Shown here one piece after another: positions 1 to 13,535 of a stretch of 64,000 bases of DNA. This stretch comes from an uncultured Gemmatimonadales bacterium (GTDB lineage Bacteria > Gemmatimonadota > Gemmatimonadetes > Gemmatimonadales > GWC2-71-9), in contig CAVVKJ010000010.1 of NCBI GenBank assembly GCA_963748815.1, positions 320,001 to 384,000 of the forward strand. Direction: 5' to 3'. The position numbers and the translations under genes were made by a program. Numbering within the stretch: position 1 is the stretch's first letter; each line of letters starts with the position of its first letter. The notes beneath the pieces were generated by a model. That model was not told the DNA's origin and did not search any database. It saw only the letters and a program-made list of their open reading frames with translations.

Positions 1-1
1 G

Positions 2-487
2 GAGGAAGCGCACCGCCAGGGCATGCGCACGTCGGTGACGATGATGTACGGGATGGGGGAGACGCACGCCGACCGGATCGAGCACCTGCTCAAGATCCGG
101 GACCTGCAGGCGCGCACCGGCGGCTTCACCGCGTTCATCTGCTGGCCCCTGCAGCCGGAGGGGACGCCGATGTTCGACGGCTGGGCGAAGACCGACGCCG
201 TGACCTACCTCCGGACGCTCGCCATGGCGCGCATCATCTGCCGCAACATTCCGAACATGCAGTCGTCCTGGGTCACGATGGGCCACAAGGTCGGGCAGGT
301 CGCGCTGCGATTCGGCGCCAACGACTACGGCTCGCTCATGATGGAGGAGAACGTGGTCTCGGCGGCGGGCACGACCTACCGCGCGACGCTCGAGGAGATG
401 CACCGCGTCATCGCCGACGCAGGCTTCACTCCGCGCCTCCGTCGCCAGGATTACTCCCTGATCGAGGAGGCGGTGGCCGCCGCATGA
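2..487 (+). CDS. mqnC: Cyclic dehypoxanthinyl futalosine synthase (radical SAM), C-terminal part; 5' end outside window
   Basis: [27 protein letters not shown] and [16 protein letters not shown] motifs of the MqnC/CofH family. Confidence 0.8.
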   Translation, partial: EEAHRQGMRTSVTMMYGMGETHADRIEHLLKIRDLQARTGGFTAFICWPLQPEGTPMFDGWAKTDAVTYLRTLAMARIICRNIPNMQSSWVTMGHKVGQVALRFGANDYGSLMMEENVVSAAGTTYRATLEEMHRVIADAGFTPRLRRQDYSLIEEAVAAA

Positions 488-960
488 CCCGCAGCGGGAT
501 TGGATACGACTCCCACCGGTTCGCCGAGGGCCGGCCGCTCATCCTCGGCGGGGTGTCCATTCCTCACACTCACGGGCTGGCCGGGCATTCCGACGCCGAT
601 GCCGTGGCCCATGCGCTGACCGACGCCATCCTCGGCGCCGCCGCCGCCGGCGACATCGGCACCCATTTCCCCGATACCGATCCCCGCTGGAAAGGCGCCG
701 ACTCCATGGCCCTCCTCCGCGCGGCCTGCGCGGTGGTGGCAGCTCGCGGCTTCCGGGTGGCACAGGTGGACGTGACCGTCATCCTCGAGCGGCCGCGCCT
801 CGGCCCGCACGTCCCGGCCATGCGCGCCGCGGTGGCCGCCGCGCTTGGCCTCACGATCGACGAGGTGAGCGTCAAGGCGAAGACCAATGAGGGCATGGGA
901 TTCATCGGCCGAGGAGAGGGAATCGCCACGCTGGCCGTGGCGACGCTGGAGGAGACCTGA
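484..960 (+). CDS. ispF: 2-C-methyl-D-erythritol 2,4-cyclodiphosphate synthase
   Basis: [28 protein letters not shown] motifs; ATGA overlap with upstream stop. Confidence 0.95.
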   Translation: MTRSGIGYDSHRFAEGRPLILGGVSIPHTHGLAGHSDADAVAHALTDAILGAAAAGDIGTHFPDTDPRWKGADSMALLRAACAVVAARGFRVAQVDVTVILERPRLGPHVPAMRAAVAAALGLTIDEVSVKAKTNEGMGFIGRGEGIATLAVATLEET

Positions 961-1943
961 TCGCGTCGCTGCTGGATTCGCTGACCACCCTGCCGCCCCT
1001 CGCGGCCTACGCCGTGCTCGCCGCGCTCTCCCTGATCGAGAACATCTTCCCGCCGGTCCCGGGCGATGTCGTGCTCGCGCTCGGCGCGTTCCTGACCGTG
1101 AACGGCCCACTCGACCCGGTCATCCTCTTCTTCGTCTGCTGGGTGCCCAACCTCCTCGGTTCCATCGGGGTGTACTTCCTCGCCCGGCGGGTCGGCGGCG
1201 GACTCTTCGAGTCGCGCATGGGCCGTCGGCTCCTCTCTCCCGAATCGATCGCGTCCCTCGAACGCGGCTACATCCGTTACGGACTCGCCGGCGTCTTCCT
1301 CGGACGGATCCTCCCCGGGGTGCGCGCCGTGGTCGCCCCCTTCGCCGGGCTCATTCGGCTCCCGCCGCTCCGTGCGCTGGTTCCGATCGGGCTCGCCTCC
1401 GCGATCTGGTTCGCGGGGATGATCGTCCTCGGCCGGTACATCGGTCAGAGCTGGGAGGGGATTCAGCGGGCCTTGCGCGACCTGAATGCTGGCCTCGCCG
1501 TGGTCGGCGTCCTGATCGTGGCGGGCGTCACCGTGAGTTGGTGGCGGGCGCGCGCCGCGCGCCGTGCCCGGCTCTGGGAGGCGCTCCGCGTCGCGCTCGA
1601 TCACGAACCCGCCGCACCGGGGTCGGTCGACCCCGCGCTCCAGGCGGTCGCCGCGTTCGTGCTGGAGATGGCCGAGGCCGATGAGCACCTCAAGTCCGCC
1701 GAACGCGAGGCGCTGACCGCCCGCCTGCGGGCGCGCTTCAACCACCTCCCCGGGCAGGTGAGCGCCGACCGCGCCGCCGTGGAAGCCGTGATCCTGCGCG
1801 CGACCTCCGCGTACGAGTCCGGGGAACGGCAGCGGCTGGTCGACCGGATGCGGCACGTGGCGGAGGCCGATGGGGTGGTGACCCCGGCGGAGGCGGCGAT
1901 GATTGCCCGGGCCGCGACGCTCCTGGGCGTCGAGCAGCGGTGA
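957..1943 (+). CDS. DedA-family membrane protein with C-terminal TerB-like domain (probable CTG start at 957; first canonical start 1014)
   Basis: [10 protein letters not shown] and GRILPGVR DedA motifs; C-terminus with AEADEH..E and [10 protein letters not shown] repeats. Confidence 0.75.
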   Translation: MIASLLDSLTTLPPLAAYAVLAALSLIENIFPPVPGDVVLALGAFLTVNGPLDPVILFFVCWVPNLLGSIGVYFLARRVGGGLFESRMGRRLLSPESIASLERGYIRYGLAGVFLGRILPGVRAVVAPFAGLIRLPPLRALVPIGLASAIWFAGMIVLGRYIGQSWEGIQRALRDLNAGLAVVGVLIVAGVTVSWWRARAARRARLWEALRVALDHEPAAPGSVDPALQAVAAFVLEMAEADEHLKSAEREALTARLRARFNHLPGQVSADRAAVEAVILRATSAYESGERQRLVDRMRHVAEADGVVTPAEAAMIARAATLLGVEQR

Positions 1944-2848
1944 GCGCCACCGACCTCGCGCGCCGGTTCTGGCTCGAGGGATTCCGCGATTTCCTCGCGC
2001 TGGAGGCGGGGCACAGCCCGAACACCGTCGACAATTACCTGCGGGACCTCCGCCGCCTCGCGGAATTTGCCGACGCCCGCGGACTCGACGATCCCGCCGG
2101 CCTGACCCGGCCGATCCTCCGTGATTTCGTCTTCGCACTGAAGGACCTCGGCCTCAGCGCCGCGACGATCCGGCGCCACGTGTCCGCCGTGCGCACGTAT
2201 TTCGGGTTCCTGCTCGGCGAGGGCATCGTGCGCGAGGACCCGAGCGATCGGCTCGAAAGCCCGCGGCTCGGGCGCACACTGCCGGAAACGTTGTCGGTGC
2301 CGGAGATCGAGGCGCTGCTCGCGGCGCCCTCCATCGACGAGCCGCTCGGATGGCGGGATCGAGCGCTGCTGGAGCTGGGATATGGCGCGGGGTTGCGGGT
2401 CTCGGAGCTCTGCGGCCTCGGCCTCAACGACCTGGTGCTCTCCGAAGGACTGGTGCGCGTGCTGGGGAAGGGAAGCAAGGAGCGGCTGGTGCCCATCGGG
2501 CGGAGTGTGCTGGGGGCGCTGTCGGTCTACCTGCACACCCTCAGGCCGACGCTGGACCGGGGTGCGTCGAAGCAGCGCGTCTTCCTCAACAATCGCGGGA
2601 CGCCGTTGTCCCGGGTCGGGGCGTGGGGCATCGTGAAGCGCGCGGCCACGCGGGCCGGACTCACCAAGGCCGTCACCCCGCACACGCTGCGGCACTCGTT
2701 CGCGACCCACCTGCTGGAGGGCGGGGCCGACCTCCGCGCCGTGCAGGAAATGCTGGGACACGCCGATCTCTCCACCACCCAGATCTACACCCACGTGGAC
2801 CGGGAGTACCTGCGCTCCGTCCACCGGCAGTATCACCCCCGCGGCTAG
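1940..2848 (+). CDS. xerD: Site-specific tyrosine recombinase XerD
   Basis: RD.ALLELGYGAGLRVSEL, GKGSKERLVP, TPHTLRHSFATHLL, LGHADLSTTQIYTH, ends HPRG. Confidence 0.9.
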   Translation: MSATDLARRFWLEGFRDFLALEAGHSPNTVDNYLRDLRRLAEFADARGLDDPAGLTRPILRDFVFALKDLGLSAATIRRHVSAVRTYFGFLLGEGIVREDPSDRLESPRLGRTLPETLSVPEIEALLAAPSIDEPLGWRDRALLELGYGAGLRVSELCGLGLNDLVLSEGLVRVLGKGSKERLVPIGRSVLGALSVYLHTLRPTLDRGASKQRVFLNNRGTPLSRVGAWGIVKRAATRAGLTKAVTPHTLRHSFATHLLEGGADLRAVQEMLGHADLSTTQIYTHVDREYLRSVHRQYHPRG

Positions 2849-2849
2849 C

Positions 2850-4091
2850 TCAGCCCTTCCGGCGCTCCGGCACGAGCACGTTGGCGAGCAGCAGTCCCGC
2901 CACGAGCCCGGCGCCGATGAGGACCATCGTGAACGCCGTCTCCACCCCCGTCACCACCTCCCGGTCGAGGAGCGAGGAGAGGCTCCGGAAGCCGATCGAG
3001 CCTGGCACCAGGAGGAGAATGCCGGGGACGAGGGTGACCGACGCCGGGCGCCGCAGCAGGTAGGCGTAGAGGTTGCTCGCCACGCCCACCGTGAGGGCGC
3101 CGACGAACGCGCCGAGTTCGGCGCCGAAGGTGGCAGCGCCGAGTCGGCTGCCGGCGATGCCGAGTGCGCCGGCCAGGAGGATCCAGATGGCGTCGCGCGC
3201 GTGAGCGCGGAAAAGGACGGCAAAACCGAGTGGCGCGGCCACCAGCGCCAGCCACCAGGTCCAGTCCGGCAGCACCTCCGGCCGGACCCGGCTGGCATAC
3301 TCGCCGAGGGTCAACGTCACCGTCTGGCTCCCGATGGCCACGCCGAATCCGATCACCAGGAAGAGCATCAGGGCGCCGCTCAGCCGCGCCGTGCCGCTGG
3401 CGAGATGGCCCGACGAGAGTTCGGTCATCGCGGTCGTCAGGGTGAGTCCGGGAATCAGGACGATGAGGCCGGCCAGGGTGCCGACGTAGACGCTGTAGTG
3501 CGGCAGGACCGTCGCCGCCGCCGCGGCGATGTATGAGGCGCTGAATGCGGCGAGGAAGGGAAAGACGCGCCCGAATCCTGGGAGGCGTCCCGCGAGGATC
3601 AGCAGCACTCCGATCACCAGGCCGACAAGGCCCGCGACGAGCGCCTCGCGCAGGCCGCCGCCAAGGAACCGGGACGCGGCGGCCGAGCTGAAGCCGAAGG
3701 CGAGCATCGTCGTCACCGGCCCGTACCGGGGCGGCGCGGCATGCACCCGCTCCAGATCGGCGGAGCCCTGCGCCAGGGTGACGCGCCCCTCGACCACCTC
3801 GCGGATGATATCTTCGATGTCGGCACTCTTGCCGAGATCGACGTCGCCCGGCTCGACGCGGATGAGGTAGGTGTTCTGCCGCTCCAGGATGCCGAAGGAC
3901 GCCATGAACGACGTCGGGGTGGAGAAGAACTGGGCGGTGAGGCTCAGCCGGCGGGCGACCTCTCCGAGGGCGCCCTCGACCCGATGCGCCGGGTAGCCGT
4001 AGGCGTGCATCGCCCGCGCGAGCCGCAGGACAAATCCCACGGCATCCCGGTTTTCGGTGGGCAGTGGGTCGCGTTCGATCGAATCGGTCAT
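2850..4091 (-). CDS. Threonine/serine exporter family (ThrE) membrane protein
   Basis: Multi-TM protein with LIPG.TLT.AM.EL..G.L.SG.AR and PGILLLVPGS.G signatures; likely start MTDSIE at 4091. Confidence 0.8.
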   Translation of the reverse strand: MTDSIERDPLPTENRDAVGFVLRLARAMHAYGYPAHRVEGALGEVARRLSLTAQFFSTPTSFMASFGILERQNTYLIRVEPGDVDLGKSADIEDIIREVVEGRVTLAQGSADLERVHAAPPRYGPVTTMLAFGFSSAAASRFLGGGLREALVAGLVGLVIGVLLILAGRLPGFGRVFPFLAAFSASYIAAAAATVLPHYSVYVGTLAGLIVLIPGLTLTTAMTELSSGHLASGTARLSGALMLFLVIGFGVAIGSQTVTLTLGEYASRVRPEVLPDWTWWLALVAAPLGFAVLFRAHARDAIWILLAGALGIAGSRLGAATFGAELGAFVGALTVGVASNLYAYLLRRPASVTLVPGILLLVPGSIGFRSLSSLLDREVVTGVETAFTMVLIGAGLVAGLLLANVLVPERRKG

Positions 4092-4268
4092 GGCGGCCTG
4101 GCGTGTGTGAGCGTAAGTCTTGGCGGGGCAAACATATAACCGTGTGGGCGTCTCCACCAAGTGGGACGGTGACCCACGGGCTCCACCTCATTCTGAAACT
4201 TTGGCGGCGATTCTTTCGTCACTATCTGAAACGTTGCATTCCCGACGCGACTTATCCCGGGGGAGTCC

Positions 4269-4826
4269 ATGACTCGTTACTGGCTCAAGATCGTCCTCGG
4301 CGCCCTGCTGATTTTCGTCGTCGGCATGGCCGCCTGGATGGGTGTCCGCAAGAGTGTCAGTACCGTGCATACCCTCCTCGACACCGCCGATCCCATCACC
4401 ATCCCCATCAAGGTCGTCCACTTCCGGGTCGACGGCGCCACCCTGGGTCGCGTTGAGCGGCTCAAGCTGCTCCGGAGCGCTCCCAAGGCGATCGAGTCGA
4501 TCGAAGTGACGGTGCGCCTCGACAGCGCCGCGTCGGCGGACCGTCTCCGCGGGTGCTCGATGCGCATCGACGATGTCGAGCGCCTCGACGAGCAAAGCAC
4601 GTTCGTGTGCGTGACCGGCGACAGCATCTCGGTGGCGGGCCAGTTCGAGACGTTCGGGAGCGTCCTGGTCGAGGGCACCGATATCGTGCTCCCGCTCCTG
4701 CTGCCGGCCGCGGCGGTGCGCGATCTCCAGCGCCAGGGCTGGCAGGGCGCGGATTCGTTGGCACCGCCCGCTCCGCTCGATGTTCCGCCGGTCCCGTCGC
4801 CGAAGGCCACGGTCACCGTGCCCTGA
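4269..4826 (+). CDS. Hypothetical membrane-anchored protein (weak MCE/MlaD-like beta region)
   Basis: N-terminal TM helix, GGGAG SD upstream, GC3-rich codons. Confidence 0.65.
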   Translation: MTRYWLKIVLGALLIFVVGMAAWMGVRKSVSTVHTLLDTADPITIPIKVVHFRVDGATLGRVERLKLLRSAPKAIESIEVTVRLDSAASADRLRGCSMRIDDVERLDEQSTFVCVTGDSISVAGQFETFGSVLVEGTDIVLPLLLPAAAVRDLQRQGWQGADSLAPPAPLDVPPVPSPKATVTVP

Positions 4827-4867
4827 GGTTTCGCCCCTCCGTCTCCCGCGTTATACTCTCCTCAACG

Positions 4868-4890
4868 GCCCGCCCCTCACCGGGGCGGGC
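4868..4890 (+). terminator. GC-rich hairpin, possible terminator
   Basis: GCCCGCCCC-TCACC-GGGGCGGGC inverted repeat; weak U tract. Confidence 0.4.
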
Positions 4891-4926
4891 TCGCTTCGTC
4901 CTCCACCCTTCGACCGGGATTCCCGC

Positions 4927-6954
4927 ATGCTGCTGAACGCCGTCGTCCTTCTCGCCGCGCTCCAACAGGGCGCCCCGCAGCCGGCCGCTGCCGCCGCGCA
5001 GGCGCCCTCTCCCATCGCCAGGCTCGAGGTTCTGCCCGGCACCTCGCTGCAGATGCCGGCCGGCGATTCGATCCAGCTCTCCGCGAAGGCGTTCGACAAG
5101 GACGGGGCGGCGGTGCCGGACGTGTCGATCCGGTACTTCGGCGCGGGCGGCCGGTTCGAGGGCACGGTGGACTCCACCGGCATGGTCCGTTCCGGTGCTA
5201 CGGGGACGCTCGCGGTCTCGGTCGTGGCCCGCGCGGCCGGCACCAAGCCGGTGATCGAGCGTGTCGAGGTCCAGATGGTCCCGGGCCCGGCCGCCAGCGT
5301 GACGGTCGCGCCGATGGTGACGAAGCTCGTGGCAGGGCAGCGCCTCCGCCTGACAGCCACCAGCTATTCCAAGGCCGGTGATACGCGTGACGACAAGATC
5401 GCCTGGAAGAGTTCGGCGCCAGGCGTCGCGAAGGTGTCGGAGGACGGCGTGGTGAGTGGGGTGGCGCCTGGGCGGGCCACGATCACCGCCGGCGCCGGTG
5501 CGGCGATGGCGTCGATGCCGGTGCAGGTCGTTGCCAACACGATTGCACGGGTGGAGCTGTCGCCGTCGCGCTCCGAGGTGCGCACCGGCGACGTGGTGCA
5601 GTTCACGGTCAAGGTCCGCGACGCGGGCGGGAAGGAAATCACGGGCCTGGTGCCCTCGTGGACCTTCGCGCCGGGCGGCGGCGAAGTGACGCCCTCGGGG
5701 CAGTTCGTCGGGTACGTGGCAGGCGACTATTTCGTGACCGTGAACTACGGCGTCGCGAGCGCGGAGGCAGCGGTCACGTTGCGGCCGCGTGACGTCCGCC
5801 GTCCCGCCGAGGTGGTCGGCCGGCTGCCGCGCACCCGCTTCACCACGGAGGAGGTGTGGGTCATGCCCGACGGAAAGCACGCCTTCCTCGGCAGCGGTTC
5901 CGGCGGCGATGTGCTGTACGCCATCGACATCAGCAATCCGGCGGCGCCGACCGTGACCGACTCGCTTGTGCTCAACACCCGGCGGGTGAACGACGTGATG
6001 TCCACGCCCGACGGGAAGTTCATCGTGATGACGCGTGAGGGGGCGGCGGACCGGAAGAACGGCATCGTCATCGCGTCCACCGATGACCCGGCGCATCCGA
6101 AGGTGATCGCGGAGTTCACCGACGGCGTCACCTCCGGCGTGCACTCGGCGTTCGTCTACAAGCAGGACAAGTACGGCACCAACGTCTTCCTGACGAACGA
6201 CGGCACCGGCGCCATGCACGTCATCAACATCGACGATCCCTACCATCCGAAGGAAATCGCGCAGTGGCGCACCGAGCGCCCCGACGCGGGCCGCACCCTG
6301 CACGACATCGACGTGCAGGACGGGCTGGCCTACCTGAGCTACTGGAACGACGGGCTGGTGGTGCTGGACGTCGGCAACGGAATGAAGGGTGGCACGCCGA
6401 GCAACCCGGTGCTGGTCACGCAGTACAAGTACGATCTCAACGCGCTCTATGCCGACGTGGAAGCGGTGGGCGGCCCCGGCTTCATCCGCGGGACGCACAC
6501 GGCGTGGCGGCACAAGAACTACGTCTTCATCGCCGACGAGGTGTTCCCGGCGTCGGGGGTCAAGGGCGCGAAGGACGCGTCGGCGTTCCGCGCGTACGGG
6601 CGGCTGCAGGTGCTCGACGTGAGCGATCTGGCCCGGCCGAAGTCGGTGGCGTGGTACGAGCCGGAGTTCGGCGGCGTGCACAACATCTGGGTCGCGGGGG
6701 ACACGCTGTACATGGGCGCGTACAACGGCGGCTTCCGCGCGTTCGACGTGTCGGGCGAGCTGCTGGGCGACCTGCGCGCGCAGGGCCGGGAAATGGTGCA
6801 CGTGAACACGGCGGACCTGGACGGCCAGACGAAGAACATGGCGATGACATGGGGGGTGGTGGTGAAGGATGGCCTCGCGTACGTCAACGACATGCTGAAC
6901 GGGCTGTGGATCATCCGCATCCAGCCGAAGAAGGGCGAGCCCGCGACACCGTGA
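4927..6954 (+). CDS. Secreted protein with Ig-like (BIG2-type) domains and LVIVD-repeat beta-propeller
   Basis: Signal-like N-terminus; WKSSAPGVAKVSEDG.V.GVAPG.ATITA Ig motif; repeated LYAIDISNP / LVVLDV / LQVLDVS units. Confidence 0.8.
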   Translation: MLLNAVVLLAALQQGAPQPAAAAAQAPSPIARLEVLPGTSLQMPAGDSIQLSAKAFDKDGAAVPDVSIRYFGAGGRFEGTVDSTGMVRSGATGTLAVSVVARAAGTKPVIERVEVQMVPGPAASVTVAPMVTKLVAGQRLRLTATSYSKAGDTRDDKIAWKSSAPGVAKVSEDGVVSGVAPGRATITAGAGAAMASMPVQVVANTIARVELSPSRSEVRTGDVVQFTVKVRDAGGKEITGLVPSWTFAPGGGEVTPSGQFVGYVAGDYFVTVNYGVASAEAAVTLRPRDVRRPAEVVGRLPRTRFTTEEVWVMPDGKHAFLGSGSGGDVLYAIDISNPAAPTVTDSLVLNTRRVNDVMSTPDGKFIVMTREGAADRKNGIVIASTDDPAHPKVIAEFTDGVTSGVHSAFVYKQDKYGTNVFLTNDGTGAMHVINIDDPYHPKEIAQWRTERPDAGRTLHDIDVQDGLAYLSYWNDGLVVLDVGNGMKGGTPSNPVLVTQYKYDLNALYADVEAVGGPGFIRGTHTAWRHKNYVFIADEVFPASGVKGAKDASAFRAYGRLQVLDVSDLARPKSVAWYEPEFGGVHNIWVAGDTLYMGAYNGGFRAFDVSGELLGDLRAQGREMVHVNTADLDGQTKNMAMTWGVVVKDGLAYVNDMLNGLWIIRIQPKKGEPATP

Positions 6955-7211
6955 TCCGGCGGGGGCGCGGGGCAGTCGGGGCGCGGCGTGCCGCGCCCTT
7001 GCTGTTTGGGGCACCGTGGCGGCGGACTGATGGAGACCAGGGCGCTCGGGCGCCCGGGGAGAAGAGGCCCCGAACCTGGGCCGCGCTCCCCCCTTGCGTG
7101 GTGTCTGGGAGCCGCTTAGGTTTGCGCTCCCTCCGAGGTCGGGTAAGGTGTTGGGGGCAGGGTGGTTTGGGTGGCTCAGGCAGGTGGTATTCACCGCTGG
7201 TTGCGCCCCAC

Positions 7212-7240
7212 TTGACTCCCCGCCAGACACCGACTAAGAT
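7212..7240 (+). promoter_or_regulatory. Sigma70-type rRNA promoter
   Basis: TTGACT (7212-7217) - 17 bp - TAAGAT (7235-7240). Confidence 0.75.
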
Positions 7241-7281
7241 TGGGGGCTCGCCAGTAAATGGTGAGACGAACGTGATACGAA

Positions 7282-7294
7282 TGCTCTTTGACAA
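7282..7294 (+). promoter_or_regulatory. boxA antitermination element (rrn leader)
   Basis: TGCTCTTTGACAA, close to boxA consensus TGCTCTTTAACA; identical copy in the 16S-23S spacer. Confidence 0.8.
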
Positions 7295-7435
7295 ATGATG
7301 TGAACCAGAGGTGATCGGAGTGCGGACCCTATGATCCGGACGGCACAGAGGTCGGCCGGGGATGGGTACAAATACTCTGACCATTGATTCGGACGACAAG
7401 AACACAGTCGTTCGGCATGAGTCGATCTAAATTCT

Positions 7436-8960
<1,525 letters not shown>

Positions 8961-9055
8961 GGAGCATCGAGTAGGCACGGCCCGTCGGGTGCCGTTCGAA
9001 AGATCTCAAGAATCGCCCGCACTGTCGGCCCTCTGGTCTCATGTCATTTGTCTTC

Positions 9056-9068
9056 TGCTCTTTGACAA
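9056..9068 (+). promoter_or_regulatory. boxA antitermination element (16S-23S spacer)
   Basis: TGCTCTTTGACAA identical to the leader copy. Confidence 0.8.
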
Positions 9069-9171
9069 TTGAGATGATGGATGTGCGTGTCCATGGCCGC
9101 AAGGCGTGGACAGGGTGTGAGGAATCAACACCGAATTATTTGCATGAATTTGTGCATACAAAACGAATTGA

Positions 9172-12131
<2,960 letters not shown>

Positions 12132-12216
12132 TCTCCAAGTTGTTTCCCGCATGACAAACACATCCATCACTCAATTGCCAAGTTGCTGGCTCCCGGCACG
12201 CCGGGAGCCCTCAGAT

Positions 12217-12336
12217 TGGCTGACGACTAGCGCGCAGGGGCCACACCCGTTCCCATTCCGAACACGGCAGTTAAGCCCTGTAGCGTCGATGGTACTTGGC
12301 TCGAGAGGGCCTGGGAGAGTAGACCGTCGCCAGCCA
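12217..12336 (+). rRNA. rrf: 5S ribosomal RNA
   Basis: CACCCGTTCCCATTCCGAACACGG core, GATGGTACT, GGGAGAGTAG; terminal TGGCTG/CAGCCA pairing. Confidence 0.95.
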
Positions 12337-12344
12337 TCCCTTTC

Positions 12345-12378
12345 ACAGCGCCCGGGCTCCTTGGAGTCCGGGCGTTGT
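12345..12378 (+). terminator. Hairpin terminator after rrn operon
   Basis: ACAGCGCCCGGGCTCC-TT-GGAGTCCGGGCGTTGT inverted repeat. Confidence 0.65.
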
Positions 12379-12451
12379 GCGTTCCAGGCTCTCCGGCCCC
12401 GCAGCCCCGCTGCCGCCCGGCCCCGCTGACGAAAGGCACTACCTTTCCCCC

Positions 12452-13321
12452 ATGCCCAAGACCGGCCACATCGCCCTTGCCGGCGTCCCCAACGTCGGAA
12501 AGTCCTCCCTCCTGAACACCCTGGTGGGGCAGCATCTCGCCATCGTCTCCCCCAAGCCCCAGGCCACCCGCCTGCCCACCGTCGGGCTCCGGACCGAGGG
12601 CGACACCCAGTTCGTCTTCCATGACCTCCCCGGACTCCTCGAGCCCCGCTACATGATGCAGGCCCGCATGCGGCAGGCGGCTCTCGACCAGCTGGCCCGG
12701 TGTCACGCCATCCTCCACCTGCATCCGGCGCCCGCCGGCCCCGCGCCGGCCTTCGCCTCCCTCGCCGGCCTCGAGGCGCCGCCGAGCGCGCCGGTGTTGA
12801 CCGTCTACACCAAGGCCGACCTCGTTCCTCCCGCGGCCCGAACGGCGCTTGGCGCCGACGCCCTCCTGGTCTCTGCCGAGACGGGGGAGGGGATCCCCGG
12901 GCTCCTGAAGCGCATCGAGGCCATGCTGCCCGAGGGCGAGTTCGAGTTCGACGCCGACGACGTCGGCACCCAGCCGCTGCGGTTCTTCGTGGTGGAGTAT
13001 CTCCGCGAGGCGGCCTTCGAGCTGCTGGAGGACGAGCTCCCCTATGCCTTCACCGCCGAGGTCGAGGAGTTTCGCGAGAACTCCTCGCCGGTGTACATTC
13101 GAGTGACGCTGCTGGTGGAGCGTGAGAGCCAAAAAGGCATGATCATCGGGCAGGGGGGTCGCACCATCAAGGCGATCGGCTCGCACGCGCGCGCCCGGCT
13201 CGAGGCGCTGCTCGGCGGGCCCGTCTACCTCGATTGCTGGGTCAAGGTACTGCCCAACTGGCGGCGGAACGCCGTCTCGCTCTCCCGGCTCGGATTTCCC
13301 GACGACCCCGCGCCGTCGTAA
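12452..13321 (+). CDS. era: GTPase Era
   Basis: GVPNVGKSSL, AIVSPKPQATR, KH-domain ELPY and VERESQKGMIIGQGG..IK.IG, VKV..NWR. Confidence 0.92.
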   Translation: MPKTGHIALAGVPNVGKSSLLNTLVGQHLAIVSPKPQATRLPTVGLRTEGDTQFVFHDLPGLLEPRYMMQARMRQAALDQLARCHAILHLHPAPAGPAPAFASLAGLEAPPSAPVLTVYTKADLVPPAARTALGADALLVSAETGEGIPGLLKRIEAMLPEGEFEFDADDVGTQPLRFFVVEYLREAAFELLEDELPYAFTAEVEEFRENSSPVYIRVTLLVERESQKGMIIGQGGRTIKAIGSHARARLEALLGGPVYLDCWVKVLPNWRRNAVSLSRLGFPDDPAPS

Positions 13322-13348
13322 ACCGGTCACCCTGCAACCCCACTTGCC

Positions 13349-13519
13349 ATGACCCTCGCGCCCGAACTGCTCGAAATCCTGGTCTGTCCGAAGTGCAAGG
13401 GCGACCTCGAATACCGCACGGAACCCGCCGAGGCGCTGGTCTGCCACGCCTGCGCGCTCGTCTACGCCGTCGAGGACGGGATCCCCGTGATGCTCGTCGA
13501 CGAGGCGAAACCACTGTGA
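13349..13519 (+). CDS. Trm112/YcaR family small protein (56 aa, not in ORF track)
   Basis: [20 protein letters not shown]...[22 protein letters not shown]. Confidence 0.88.
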   Translation: MTLAPELLEILVCPKCKGDLEYRTEPAEALVCHACALVYAVEDGIPVMLVDEAKPL

Positions 13520-13535
13520 CTTCGTTTCGGGCCGC

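Noticed and set aside
1940..2848. Tyrosine recombinase as a phage or island integrase
   Set aside because: About 300 aa with XerD-type motifs, coupled to housekeeping genes, with no att sites or mobile cargo.
8961..9171. Possible tRNA in the 16S-23S spacer
   Set aside because: No cloverleaf with proper D and T arms. The hairpins present are explained by processing stems and boxA context.
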